Assembly (NCBI GenBank): GCA_964597205.1
Contig: CAZQXM010000001.1
Span: 1-51,633 of the forward strand
Source of the DNA: an uncultured Gammaproteobacteria bacterium
Lineage (GTDB): Bacteria > Cyanobacteriota > Vampirovibrionia > LMEP-6097
Direction: 5' to 3'
DNA: 51,633 bases
In this document: positions 8,421 through 16,152 of the stretch, one piece after another
Numbering within the stretch: position 1 is the first letter of the stretch
Layout: every line of letters starts with the position of its first letter
Notes under the pieces: generated by a model
Database searches by the model: none
What the model was told of the DNA's origin: nothing
What the model saw: only the letters and a program-made list of their open reading frames with translations
Program-made: the position numbers and the translations under genes

Positions 8421-8870
8421 ATGAACAAAATTACTAAAGCCACAGTATTAATAGCCTTCATCGCTGGTACTTTAACTGTAACAGCGGCTGAGACTACTAG
8501 TAACCCAGCGGCACTAATCCTGAATTACCATAATCCAGTTCAGGACATACCGCACTACCATCCAGCAGAAAGCCTGGAGAAGAATCTTGAGAAACACCAA
8601 AGCTACCTTAATACCCTAGCTAAGAAACAAGCAGAAGCAATTAAGACCTGCGAAGAGCTCTATATAAATGGTGAAAGAACTCGCTGCGAAGTTGAAATCA
8701 ACGATGCTTACAAGATGCTAGCGGAGATCCCAGATATTATGGATCACATTGCTCTTGAAGAAGCTAAGCCAGAAGATATTGAGATCGAAGTTGACACTGA
8801 GACGCGTCAAGTAGCTTTCTTCTTGATTAAAAAAGCATTTGGGCATCAAGCGAATAACTTAACACCATAA
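8421..8870 (+). CDS. Small secreted acidic protein, partner of fibre gene 2 (unknown function)
   Basis: 149 aa with an AAGGA RBS, starting 12 nt after the fibre-gene stop. Signal peptide ...LTVTAA|ETT and two Cys (C-x12-C). Nearly identical to 11914..12360. Confidence 0.7.
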   Translation: MNKITKATVLIAFIAGTLTVTAAETTSNPAALILNYHNPVQDIPHYHPAESLEKNLEKHQSYLNTLAKKQAEAIKTCEELYINGERTRCEVEINDAYKMLAEIPDIMDHIALEEAKPEDIEIEVDTETRQVAFFLIKKAFGHQANNLTP

Positions 8871-9052
8871 ATGGATTCTAGCAGCGCTAATTGCGCGATA
8901 CAAACACCGCAATCCCTAGCCTCAAAATGAGAGTTAATTAAGTTCAATATCAAAAATAGACTTTAGGTCTAAACAACTAATGCCGTTAGTTGAATAAGGA
9001 AAGCCCGCTTTAAGTATAGAGCCTTGGTGCGTCCCATTATTGAGGAAAATTT
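8868..9052 (+). repeat. Conserved leader/junction segment, copy 2 (upstream of fibre gene 3)
   Basis: Direct repeat of 5355..5540 that continues into the 5' ~900 bp of the downstream CDS. Confidence 0.85.
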
Positions 9053-11806
9053 ATGAACAAGAAAATCATCGCAGCAGTATTAGCAGCAAGCACTATCAGT
9101 AGTCTAGTTGCTAAAGCAGAGACAGTAACGCAAGCGAGAATTGCTGCTCCAAAATACAGCACCTATATAGGTCAAGGTTTTAACGCCGCTGGCGCAGGTC
9201 AGCACAATACAGCTATTGGTCACAGCGCTATGCCTACTGCTAGTAGCAGCTTTAATACTGCTGTCGGTAGCCATGCACTAAATAAATTAAGCAGCGGACA
9301 ATTTAATACTGGCGTCGGCCTTGGCGCATTGCAAAATTTAACGACAGGTTCAATGAACACTTCAATGGGCCAAGGTTCTATGGTCAGCGCAATTGGCTCA
9401 TCTAGCAACACTGCTATGGGCTGGTCAGCAATGTATAGCAATACTACTGGTAATAATAATGTGGCTATAGGTAAAGATGCTGCTAACTATCTCACCACAG
9501 GTTCTAACAACGTAGCAATCGGCGGTAGCGTAGCTGGATCTAGTTTAACAACTGGTTCTAATAATATTGTAATCGGTGCTAGTGCAACTCTGCCTAGCCC
9601 GACTGGATCTCACCAACTTAATATTGGTAATTTAATCAGAGGTATTATGACTGGTACTAAATCTGTAACAGTAGATGGCAGTTTCGCTGCTAACTCACTA
9701 AGTACAGCTGGTGGAATTGCTGGTGCATCACTGAAGGTAACAGGTCTCAGCACTCTAGGCACAATTACAAGCGGAGCTCTAACTAGCTCAGGGACTGTAA
9801 CAGCAACAGGCTTAAACGTAACTGGTGCTTCTACTCTAGGAGCTGGTGCAACTGTTACTACTGGCAACTTGCAAGTAAGTGCCGGTAATGTTTCTGCGCG
9901 TATTGGTAATTTTAGTGGCGGCGTTACTGTCGGTGATATAGCAACGTTCGACAAACAACTTAGCCTTAAAGAACAAGCGGCACCGACAACTGCAGCACAA
10001 GCAGGTCGCGCGGATCTATATCTAGACCAAACATCTAAGAAACTAGTTCTTCGTGATACTGCTGGTAATTCTCCAATATTAACAACAGAGAGAGCAATAC
10101 TAGGTGAACTTAAAGACGTAAGCTCTAATGATGCTCACTTCAATATCTATATTGGCTCAAATCACAAAGAGACAGACCCTAGTACGGCTCTAAGTAGCGT
10201 CTATGAATACCACAACACGGCTCTAGGTCACAACTCTCAATCTTCAGTTTTTCGCAAAACATGGAACGTAGTAGGCGAGAGAGGCACTGGTAACTCATCT
10301 TTTGGTAGCCATTCATTACAAAAACTTCAATACGGAGAGAACAATACAGCTGTTGGTCTTGCAGCACTTCAATTCGTAGAGACTGGCAGTAACAATACCG
10401 CGATTGGTAACGCAGCCCTGAATGTAGCCAAAGGCTCTTCGAATAGCGCTCTCGGAAACGATTCTTTACTAAAATTACAACAAGGTGCTGATAACGTGGC
10501 ATTTGGAGCTAGTGCTGCGAAGAATTTAACGACAGGAGATCAAAATATAATCATTGGTTCAGCTGCTGGTTATAACCTATCTAAGGGTGGCAATAATATT
10601 TTAATTGGATCTTATGCAGGATTTTCGAATACACCAGAGAAAAATTTGACCTTCGGATCTGACAATATATTAATTGGCACATATGTCACTACCACAAATA
10701 ACAATGCAACGAATGAATTAAATATCGGTAACTTAATTAAAGGTCAACTAGCAGACTTTAATGGCATACCAAAATCTGTCACTATTGAGGGTAATTTATC
10801 TACCACTGGTTCGCTCAAAGTCGCTGGTGGCAGCCCAGCAGCAGGTAAAGTACTAACATCTGATGCTACTGGTAATGCTACATGGCAAGCAGCTCCGACT
10901 TCAACTATTGCAGATGGTAGTATCACTTCCGCAAAAATACTTGATGGCACTATTGGCTCTGCTGATCTTGCAGACAAGAGCGTAACCGATGCAAAAATTG
11001 CCTCTGTAAGTGCTTCAAAGCTTGATTTCACTAATACTCCTAATACTGTAATTGGTAGTAAAGCATTATCAAAATTAAGTTCAGGTAATACAAACATTGC
11101 TATAGGACAAGAAGCTGGATCACAATTACAGTCAGGCTCAAACAATATACTCATTGGTAACAATGTACAAATAGATGTTGAGACAACAAGTAATGGTGAA
11201 ACAATGCCGGCAAACAACATGCTAAACATTGGGGATTTAATCACTGGTTACTTTGGTGACGATTGGAAACACGTCAACATTAAGGGTGACCTTTTCGTGG
11301 ACACCATACAAAATCGCCTACTACAAACAGAGAATGCAGAGATATATCAAAGTCTTTATGCGCCAAATATCAAGACTATGCATCTTGAATCAACGGTTAA
11401 CGGTACATTCTTAACAACCAGCAATGATAACTACATGGTGACAACATCTGCACAAACACTTTGGGAGAAGTATGACGCTGCATACGTAGTTATTTATACT
11501 GATAAACAAACAGCTGTAGATCCTGTGCAGATCAATATAGACTTAAGCGGGTTAAGTCATTACAGTAGAGAAGTAACCTTGCTTTTAGGTGAGATCAGGA
11601 GCACAAGTAATGCTACGTTAACCACCCAAGGTCCTGCGAAACTTAGACTTTGCCAAGGGTCACATACTAGCGTTAATGGCGGGAGGACATTTGGCAACTC
11701 CAATGATCCTGCCGACTGCCAGATGTATTCTGATTTCAACGTCCAGTTTGGCAAAGCATACAAACTGTTTAAGCATGGTGGCAATTGGAGTACAATAAAC
11801 TTCTAA
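9053..11806 (+). CDS. Secreted fibre/adhesin-like repeat protein, paralog 3 (different C-terminal domain)
   Basis: Signal peptide MNKKIIAAVLAASTISSLVAKA|ETV. Same N-terminal module as paralog 2, and shares the GKVLTSDATGNATWQAAPT.TIADGSITSAKILDG patch with paralogs 1 and 2. The last ~170 aa are unrelated to the GD(I/L/M)(F/Y)...C(V/F)Y.G..W terminus of the others. Confidence 0.75.
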   Translation: MNKKIIAAVLAASTISSLVAKAETVTQARIAAPKYSTYIGQGFNAAGAGQHNTAIGHSAMPTASSSFNTAVGSHALNKLSSGQFNTGVGLGALQNLTTGSMNTSMGQGSMVSAIGSSSNTAMGWSAMYSNTTGNNNVAIGKDAANYLTTGSNNVAIGGSVAGSSLTTGSNNIVIGASATLPSPTGSHQLNIGNLIRGIMTGTKSVTVDGSFAANSLSTAGGIAGASLKVTGLSTLGTITSGALTSSGTVTATGLNVTGASTLGAGATVTTGNLQVSAGNVSARIGNFSGGVTVGDIATFDKQLSLKEQAAPTTAAQAGRADLYLDQTSKKLVLRDTAGNSPILTTERAILGELKDVSSNDAHFNIYIGSNHKETDPSTALSSVYEYHNTALGHNSQSSVFRKTWNVVGERGTGNSSFGSHSLQKLQYGENNTAVGLAALQFVETGSNNTAIGNAALNVAKGSSNSALGNDSLLKLQQGADNVAFGASAAKNLTTGDQNIIIGSAAGYNLSKGGNNILIGSYAGFSNTPEKNLTFGSDNILIGTYVTTTNNNATNELNIGNLIKGQLADFNGIPKSVTIEGNLSTTGSLKVAGGSPAAGKVLTSDATGNATWQAAPTSTIADGSITSAKILDGTIGSADLADKSVTDAKIASVSASKLDFTNTPNTVIGSKALSKLSSGNTNIAIGQEAGSQLQSGSNNILIGNNVQIDVETTSNGETMPANNMLNIGDLITGYFGDDWKHVNIKGDLFVDTIQNRLLQTENAEIYQSLYAPNIKTMHLESTVNGTFLTTSNDNYMVTTSAQTLWEKYDAAYVVIYTDKQTAVDPVQINIDLSGLSHYSREVTLLLGEIRSTSNATLTTQGPAKLRLCQGSHTSVNGGRTFGNSNDPADCQMYSDFNVQFGKAYKLFKHGGNWSTINF

Positions 11807-11819
11807 TCAATGTCTAAAT

Positions 11820-11907
11820 GGATTGCTACATCGCTACGCTCCTCGCAATGACAAGTGCCGCGAATGACAGCTGGAGCACAGGGATCCTTCGCTTCGCTCA
11901 GGATGAC
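11820..11907. repeat. Short hairpin-unit repeat family B (units ending in ATGAC), 3 tandem units
   Basis: GGATTGCTACATCGCTACGCTCCTCGCAATGAC / GCCGCGAATGAC / GGGATCCTTCGCTTCGCTCAGGATGAC. Related to 13302..13349 and 37075..37168. Confidence 0.7.
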
Positions 11908-11913
11908 TAAAAC

Positions 11914-12360
11914 ATGAGAAACACCACATCACTACTATTAGCTTTCATCGCCGGCAGTTTCCTGACTGTAACAGCGGCTGAGACTACTAGTAATCCAGCG
12001 GCGCTAATCTTGAATTACCATAATCCAGTTCAGGACATACCGCACTATCATCCAGCAGAAAGCCTGGAGAAGAATCTTGAGAAACACCAAAGCTACCTTA
12101 ATACCCTAGCTAAGAAACAAGCAGAAGCAATTAAGACCTGCGAAGAGCTCTATATAAATGGTGAAAGAACTCGCTGCGAAGTTGAAATCAACGATGCTTA
12201 CAAGATGCTAGCGGAGATCCCAGATATTATGGATCACATTGCTCTTGAAGAAGCTAAGCCTGAAGAGATCGAGATTGAAGTGGACACTGAGACCCGGCAA
12301 GTAGCTTTCTTCTTGATTAAAAAAGCATTTGGGCATCAAGCCAATAATCCTCAGCCATAG
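11914..12360 (+). CDS. Small secreted acidic protein, partner of fibre gene 3 (paralog of 8421..8870)
   Basis: 148 aa. A stretch of >200 nt is identical by eye to the first copy. Only the signal-peptide N-terminus and the last few codons differ. Confidence 0.7.
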   Translation: MRNTTSLLLAFIAGSFLTVTAAETTSNPAALILNYHNPVQDIPHYHPAESLEKNLEKHQSYLNTLAKKQAEAIKTCEELYINGERTRCEVEINDAYKMLAEIPDIMDHIALEEAKPEEIEIEVDTETRQVAFFLIKKAFGHQANNPQP

Positions 12361-12364
12361 CTAA

Positions 12365-13255
12365 TTACATTACATAGAAACTACGATTAACTTCTCTTAC
12401 TAGAGGTTTTAATCCGATCATTTCTCGTATATCGTTTTCAATCTTCTGCGCAATGGTAGTCATAGGAGTATCTGTAGCTCTATTCTCAAAAGGATCTTGC
12501 ATATAGGTTGAGGTGTTCTCAATTAAGAAAAACACTATGGTGATGATTACAGTCAAACTAATCTCAATAAATATTGGGTACTGCTTTAAACTTAACGGGA
12601 ATATAGCCGTGAAAAGATAGATCAAAGAATGAATTAACACGCTATAAGTTTTCGGAAACACGGTGGTTTTGATGCGCTCACAAACGCCCATAGCATCAGT
12701 AAGATCTGCAATAGTCTCGTCTATCCTTACTTGCTGCACAGAATCTAATCCTTGAGTCTTAGCGAGCTTGCAGACTTGATTAGTATGCAAAGTAAGCAAA
12801 GCATTAGGTATATGTTGCTGATCTTTAACTACCTCTATATCAGCCGCACTTAGATACTTACTAATAGTAGCTATTTGATCGAGCCCTCTTAGTCTAAGAC
12901 CCAATGCGTAACACCAGGCGATTTGTCTATTAGCGAAATCCTGAATAAACTCAGGCTCAAGCTTAGTATCAAGTGACATCACCTGTCTAATTAAAGTTCT
13001 TGAACTGTTTACTACAACACCCCAGGCAGCTCTAGCTTCCCACCAGCGTTCATAAGATTGGCTAGTGCGAAATGCTATTAACAGTGAGATCGTGGTACCT
13101 AGTATGGTTGGCGCTGCAATTGGAATAATAATGCCCAGACCAGTATAGTTAGGATCTAATAGTTTAATGCCTATTAAGAACACTAAAATAGCCAGTAATT
13201 CTACTTTGACTTTACCTAGAATGAACCATATTGGTATTCGTTTGTTAATTAGCAC
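12365..13255 (-). CDS. Bestrophin/UPF0187 (YneE-like) family membrane channel protein
   Basis: Multi-TM ORF with FRTSQSYERWWEARAAWG motif, typical of bacterial bestrophin homologues. Confidence 0.7.
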   Translation of the reverse strand: MLINKRIPIWFILGKVKVELLAILVFLIGIKLLDPNYTGLGIIIPIAAPTILGTTISLLIAFRTSQSYERWWEARAAWGVVVNSSRTLIRQVMSLDTKLEPEFIQDFANRQIAWCYALGLRLRGLDQIATISKYLSAADIEVVKDQQHIPNALLTLHTNQVCKLAKTQGLDSVQQVRIDETIADLTDAMGVCERIKTTVFPKTYSVLIHSLIYLFTAIFPLSLKQYPIFIEISLTVIITIVFFLIENTSTYMQDPFENRATDTPMTTIAQKIENDIREMIGLKPLVREVNRSFYVM

Positions 13256-13301
13256 TCTAGCAGATTATAACCGTAGTAAAGGATCTCGGCTAGTTGTAAT
13301 A

Positions 13302-13349
13302 GATTGCTTCGCTTCGCTCGCAATGACAAGCGGAGCGACTCACAATGAC
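13302..13349. repeat. Repeat family B, two tandem units
   Basis: GATTGCTTCGCTTCGCTCGCAATGAC + CGGAGCGACTCACAATGAC. Confidence 0.65.
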
Positions 13350-13351
13350 TA

Positions 13352-13386
13352 CAAAAAAAAAGCCCCCGATTTCTCGAGGGCTTTTC
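13352..13386 (-). terminator. Rho-independent terminator of the RRM gene. The hairpin is identical to the one at 5321..5353.
   Basis: Same AGCCCCCGATTTCTCGAGGGCT hairpin. On the minus strand it is followed by T9. It lies 15 nt after the stop codon. Confidence 0.85.
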
Positions 13387-13397
13387 ATTTTTAGAAT

Positions 13398-13775
13398 TTA
13401 GTATCTAGAACTACTGCGATCACGATCGCGACCACCGCCGCCACCGCCGTAACCACCACGGTCACGTCCACCACCGCCGCCGTAGCCGCCGCCACCGCCG
13501 CCGCCGTAACTACGACGAGCACCGCCGCCGCCGCCACCGCCTTGGTTCTCACGTGCGAAATCGATTTTCAATTTGCGACCTTTGAACTCTTGATCATTAA
13601 GAGCATCTTTAGCTGCTCCAGCGCCTTCTGCTGATGCAAAAGTTATGAAGCCAAATCCTTTGCCTTCAATTACTCTGCAATCACTAACTTCGCCTGATTG
13701 ACTAAAAAGTTCTTTTAGTTCTTCTGATGTTACTGAGTAGCTTAGGTTCCCTACGTACAATTTATTACTTGACAT
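13398..13775 (-). CDS. Glycine-rich RNA-binding protein (single RRM plus Gly/Arg-rich tail)
   Basis: RNP2 LYVGNL and RNP1-like KGFGFITF motifs, plus a C-terminal GGGGGG/RGG-type tail. Confidence 0.9.
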   Translation of the reverse strand: MSSNKLYVGNLSYSVTSEELKELFSQSGEVSDCRVIEGKGFGFITFASAEGAGAAKDALNDQEFKGRKLKIDFARENQGGGGGGGARRSYGGGGGGGYGGGGGRDRGGYGGGGGGRDRDRSSSRY

Positions 13776-13817
13776 TTTTTCTCCTTAAGTATCTGGAAGC
13801 ATGTGTCGGAGAAAAAA
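13775..13817 (-). promoter_or_regulatory. 5'-UTR hairpin sequestering the Shine-Dalgarno sequence and start codon of the RRM gene
   Basis: On the mRNA, UUUUUUCUCC pairs with GGAGAAAAAA, the last A being the A of the AUG. The stem is 10 bp and the loop 23 nt. Confidence 0.5.
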
Positions 13818-13860
13818 TCTCTCGTTCAGCAGTATTCCGTACAGATATGATTCTAGCATA

Positions 13861-13890
13861 GCAAAAAGGTGACATACGTCACGTTTTTGC
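13861..13890. repeat. 30-bp palindrome, GTGAC-type (13-bp arms with 1 mismatch, 4-nt centre)
   Basis: GCAAAAAGGTGAC-ATAC-GTCACGTTTTTGC. It lies 43 nt downstream of the flgK stop and ~90 nt upstream of the RRM gene start. Confidence 0.8.
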
Positions 13891-13932
13891 GCTCTAAACA
13901 GTAAGTGCACAATCTAATTAACGCGTCTACTC

Positions 13933-16146
13933 TTATCTTAATAGATTAGTGATCTCTTCCATCATTCTATCTACAACGTTCATAACCCTTGCTGCTGCCT
14001 GAAATGCGCTTTGGAATCTTATCAGGTTGGAAGCTTCTTCTTCTAGTGAAACGCCCGAAACACTTTCTTTCTTGTTCTTAAGCTGGCTAACTTGAGCAGA
14101 GTCTATATCAGCAGTTTGCTCAGCGAAATTGGCCCTAGTAGCAAATTCTCCGACTACTTGGTTATAGGCTGAATTAATATTACGTGCGACTTTAGATTCA
14201 CTAGCATTACCTTGGTAAATAGATATATTAAAGTAGCCTTCGTTATTACTTAAAGTACTATCACGGAAACTAGCATTCATCTTCAAACGAACAAAAGCAG
14301 CGTCAGTAGGTACGTCACCACTATAACTAACTTTATCTGTCGGCGGTCCTTGAGTGCCTGTAAGGTTAATGGCTGAGCCTAAGACATTACCATCAGCATC
14401 AATAAACTCAATTTGTACTAAACTGCCACCACCATATCCATTAGTGCCAGCATTAACATCTATACCGTTATCGTCAATAATACCGCGAACATCCACTCTA
14501 AAATCATCACCAGGCACCACTGGCATAGTACTTAAAACAGTACTAGTACTCGAAGCATCTATATATAACTGGTCTGATTTAACACCATCACTAACCACAG
14601 CAGAATTACCGAAGAAAATATCAGCAATGGCGTTAGCGATAGAACCATCACCAAAAGCCCCACTATGACCAGGGTTAATAGAACTAGGGTCTGCATCAAT
14701 TGCATCAACCACCGCAAAAGTTGCAGCAGAATAACCTTCGAAAAGATTTGAACCTGCAACACCAGCTTCATCATAACCAAGATTCAAGAGGCGATTAACA
14801 TTGTTTTTAAGTGTCATCGCAAAAGCATCAAGCTCTGATCTGAGTTCTGGAATTTCTTTATTCACCGAATCAAAGAGTCCGCCCAATGTACCTTTAAAGT
14901 TATGCACCGAACCTTGAACAGTAGCAGCATCATCACTGGTAATAATTTCAAGTCTATATGGATCTACACCATTATCAACGCTACCTTCTGCCATTTGGAA
15001 TTTATAAAAGATTCCAGCTGTGCCAACTACAGTTAATTCATCAGCATTCTCTCCATTAGTAGTAGCTGCCGTAAGTCCTAGAGCTGTTAAAGCAGAACCA
15101 CCAATTATATCTACTTCAGCATCAGAATTACTTAATGCTCCGCGCATATTAGCAGTCTGTAGGATCAGCTTACCATCAGCATCCAGAGCCGCAATATTAC
15201 CGAAACCACCATTAGCAGCAAAAGTTTTATTGATTTTATTTACTATATCCGTAGCCGTAGAGTTATCATCGAAATTAACCGTAAAAGGACCTACCGCAGT
15301 ACCATTACCATTATTAACGCTAAGCTCCAAAGTGTTATTGCCTGAAGCGGCAAGGATAGCTGGAGAAATATTATTACTAGGATTAGTAAAGGCAACAGAA
15401 CCTGTAACTTTAGCTTCGCTCGCATTATAACTAATACCGAGTGAAGTAAATTCACCAGCACCATCACGATGAATAGTAAAGTTCATATACTTGCTAATTT
15501 TGTCGAGCAATAAATCACGTTTATCCTGCAAATAACTAATATCAGGAGCATTATCATCTTGCGCGGCAACTTGGTTAGCAATTTCAGCGAATTGACTCAA
15601 TAATTCATTAAGTTCATTAACAGCTACAGGAATAGCACCACTACCAGGTTCTACTAGATCAGCACTCATACTACTCAGATTAGAATCCACCAGATTAATA
15701 GTGTTAGCCAAAGTCTTAGCAGCGTTAACGAAGTTTACTTTAGCACTGCTTAATTGTGGGTTAGCAGCAAGATCACTTGCCGCATTATACATATCGCTGA
15801 CTCGTGCACTAATACCTGCATCACTAGGCTCTCCTAAGATTTGGTTAGCTGCAATATTCGTCTGAGCAATTTGATCGGAATGAGCAAGCCTAGAGTTCTG
15901 CACTCTATACTGATTATCGAGGAACATATCTCTAGCTCTCTCAACATTTGAAACTTTAACTCCATTGCGCAAGACCGTACTAAAACCACGAACATTCATC
16001 TCGTCAGCTTCAAAAGTCACAATACGACGAGAGTAACCTTCAGTATTGGCATTCGCAATGTTTTGACCAGTAATATTAATACCGGCTTGAGCAGCGTCCA
16101 TAGCTCTTAAACTTATATTTAATGCTCCTAGTGAATTACTACCCAT
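13933..16146 (-). CDS. flgK: Flagellar hook-associated protein 1
   Basis: N-terminal LRAMDAAQAGINITGQNIANANTEGYSRR and C-terminal EEASNLIRFQSAFQAAARV motifs. Confidence 0.9.
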   Translation of the reverse strand: MGSNSLGALNISLRAMDAAQAGINITGQNIANANTEGYSRRIVTFEADEMNVRGFSTVLRNGVKVSNVERARDMFLDNQYRVQNSRLAHSDQIAQTNIAANQILGEPSDAGISARVSDMYNAASDLAANPQLSSAKVNFVNAAKTLANTINLVDSNLSSMSADLVEPGSGAIPVAVNELNELLSQFAEIANQVAAQDDNAPDISYLQDKRDLLLDKISKYMNFTIHRDGAGEFTSLGISYNASEAKVTGSVAFTNPSNNISPAILAASGNNTLELSVNNGNGTAVGPFTVNFDDNSTATDIVNKINKTFAANGGFGNIAALDADGKLILQTANMRGALSNSDAEVDIIGGSALTALGLTAATTNGENADELTVVGTAGIFYKFQMAEGSVDNGVDPYRLEIITSDDAATVQGSVHNFKGTLGGLFDSVNKEIPELRSELDAFAMTLKNNVNRLLNLGYDEAGVAGSNLFEGYSAATFAVVDAIDADPSSINPGHSGAFGDGSIANAIADIFFGNSAVVSDGVKSDQLYIDASSTSTVLSTMPVVPGDDFRVDVRGIIDDNGIDVNAGTNGYGGGSLVQIEFIDADGNVLGSAINLTGTQGPPTDKVSYSGDVPTDAAFVRLKMNASFRDSTLSNNEGYFNISIYQGNASESKVARNINSAYNQVVGEFATRANFAEQTADIDSAQVSQLKNKKESVSGVSLEEEASNLIRFQSAFQAAARVMNVVDRMMEEITNLLR

Positions 16147-16152
16147 AATTTA

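Noticed and set aside
3247-11784. Numerous 60-166 aa antisense or alternate-frame ORFs inside the fibre genes (for example 3247..3435-, 6212..6550-, 7721..8146-, 9610..9954-, 10744..11244-).
   Set aside because: They lie entirely within long, motif-rich ORFs on the other strand. The repetitive GGT/ACT/AAT-rich codon usage of the fibre genes suppresses stop codons on the opposite strand. None has an RBS or recognisable motifs.
3008-11806. Classifying the fibre proteins as trimeric autotransporter adhesins (type Vc).
   Set aside because: Only the head-repeat chemistry is similar. None of the four proteins ends in a YadA-like four-strand beta-barrel anchor with a terminal aromatic residue, so I kept them as adhesin-like with unknown anchoring.
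3008-12360. Prophage, tailocin or diversity-generating retroelement explanation for the fibre array.
   Set aside because: The window contains no capsid, tail tube, sheath, baseplate, integrase, lysis or reverse-transcriptase genes, and no template-repeat/variable-repeat pair with adenine-specific differences was seen. The flanks are housekeeping genes.
13167-13394. 75-aa plus-strand ORF spanning the bestrophin gene start, family B repeats and the terminator.
   Set aside because: It overlaps a credible minus-strand CDS and reads through repeat and terminator sequence. The peptide (..CFASLAMTSGATHND..) is the typical translation artefact of this repeat class.
13410-13550. GC-rich (GGN)n microsatellite-like tract.
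   Set aside because: It is simply the coding sequence of the Gly/Arg-rich tail of the RRM protein and is not an independent repeat element.
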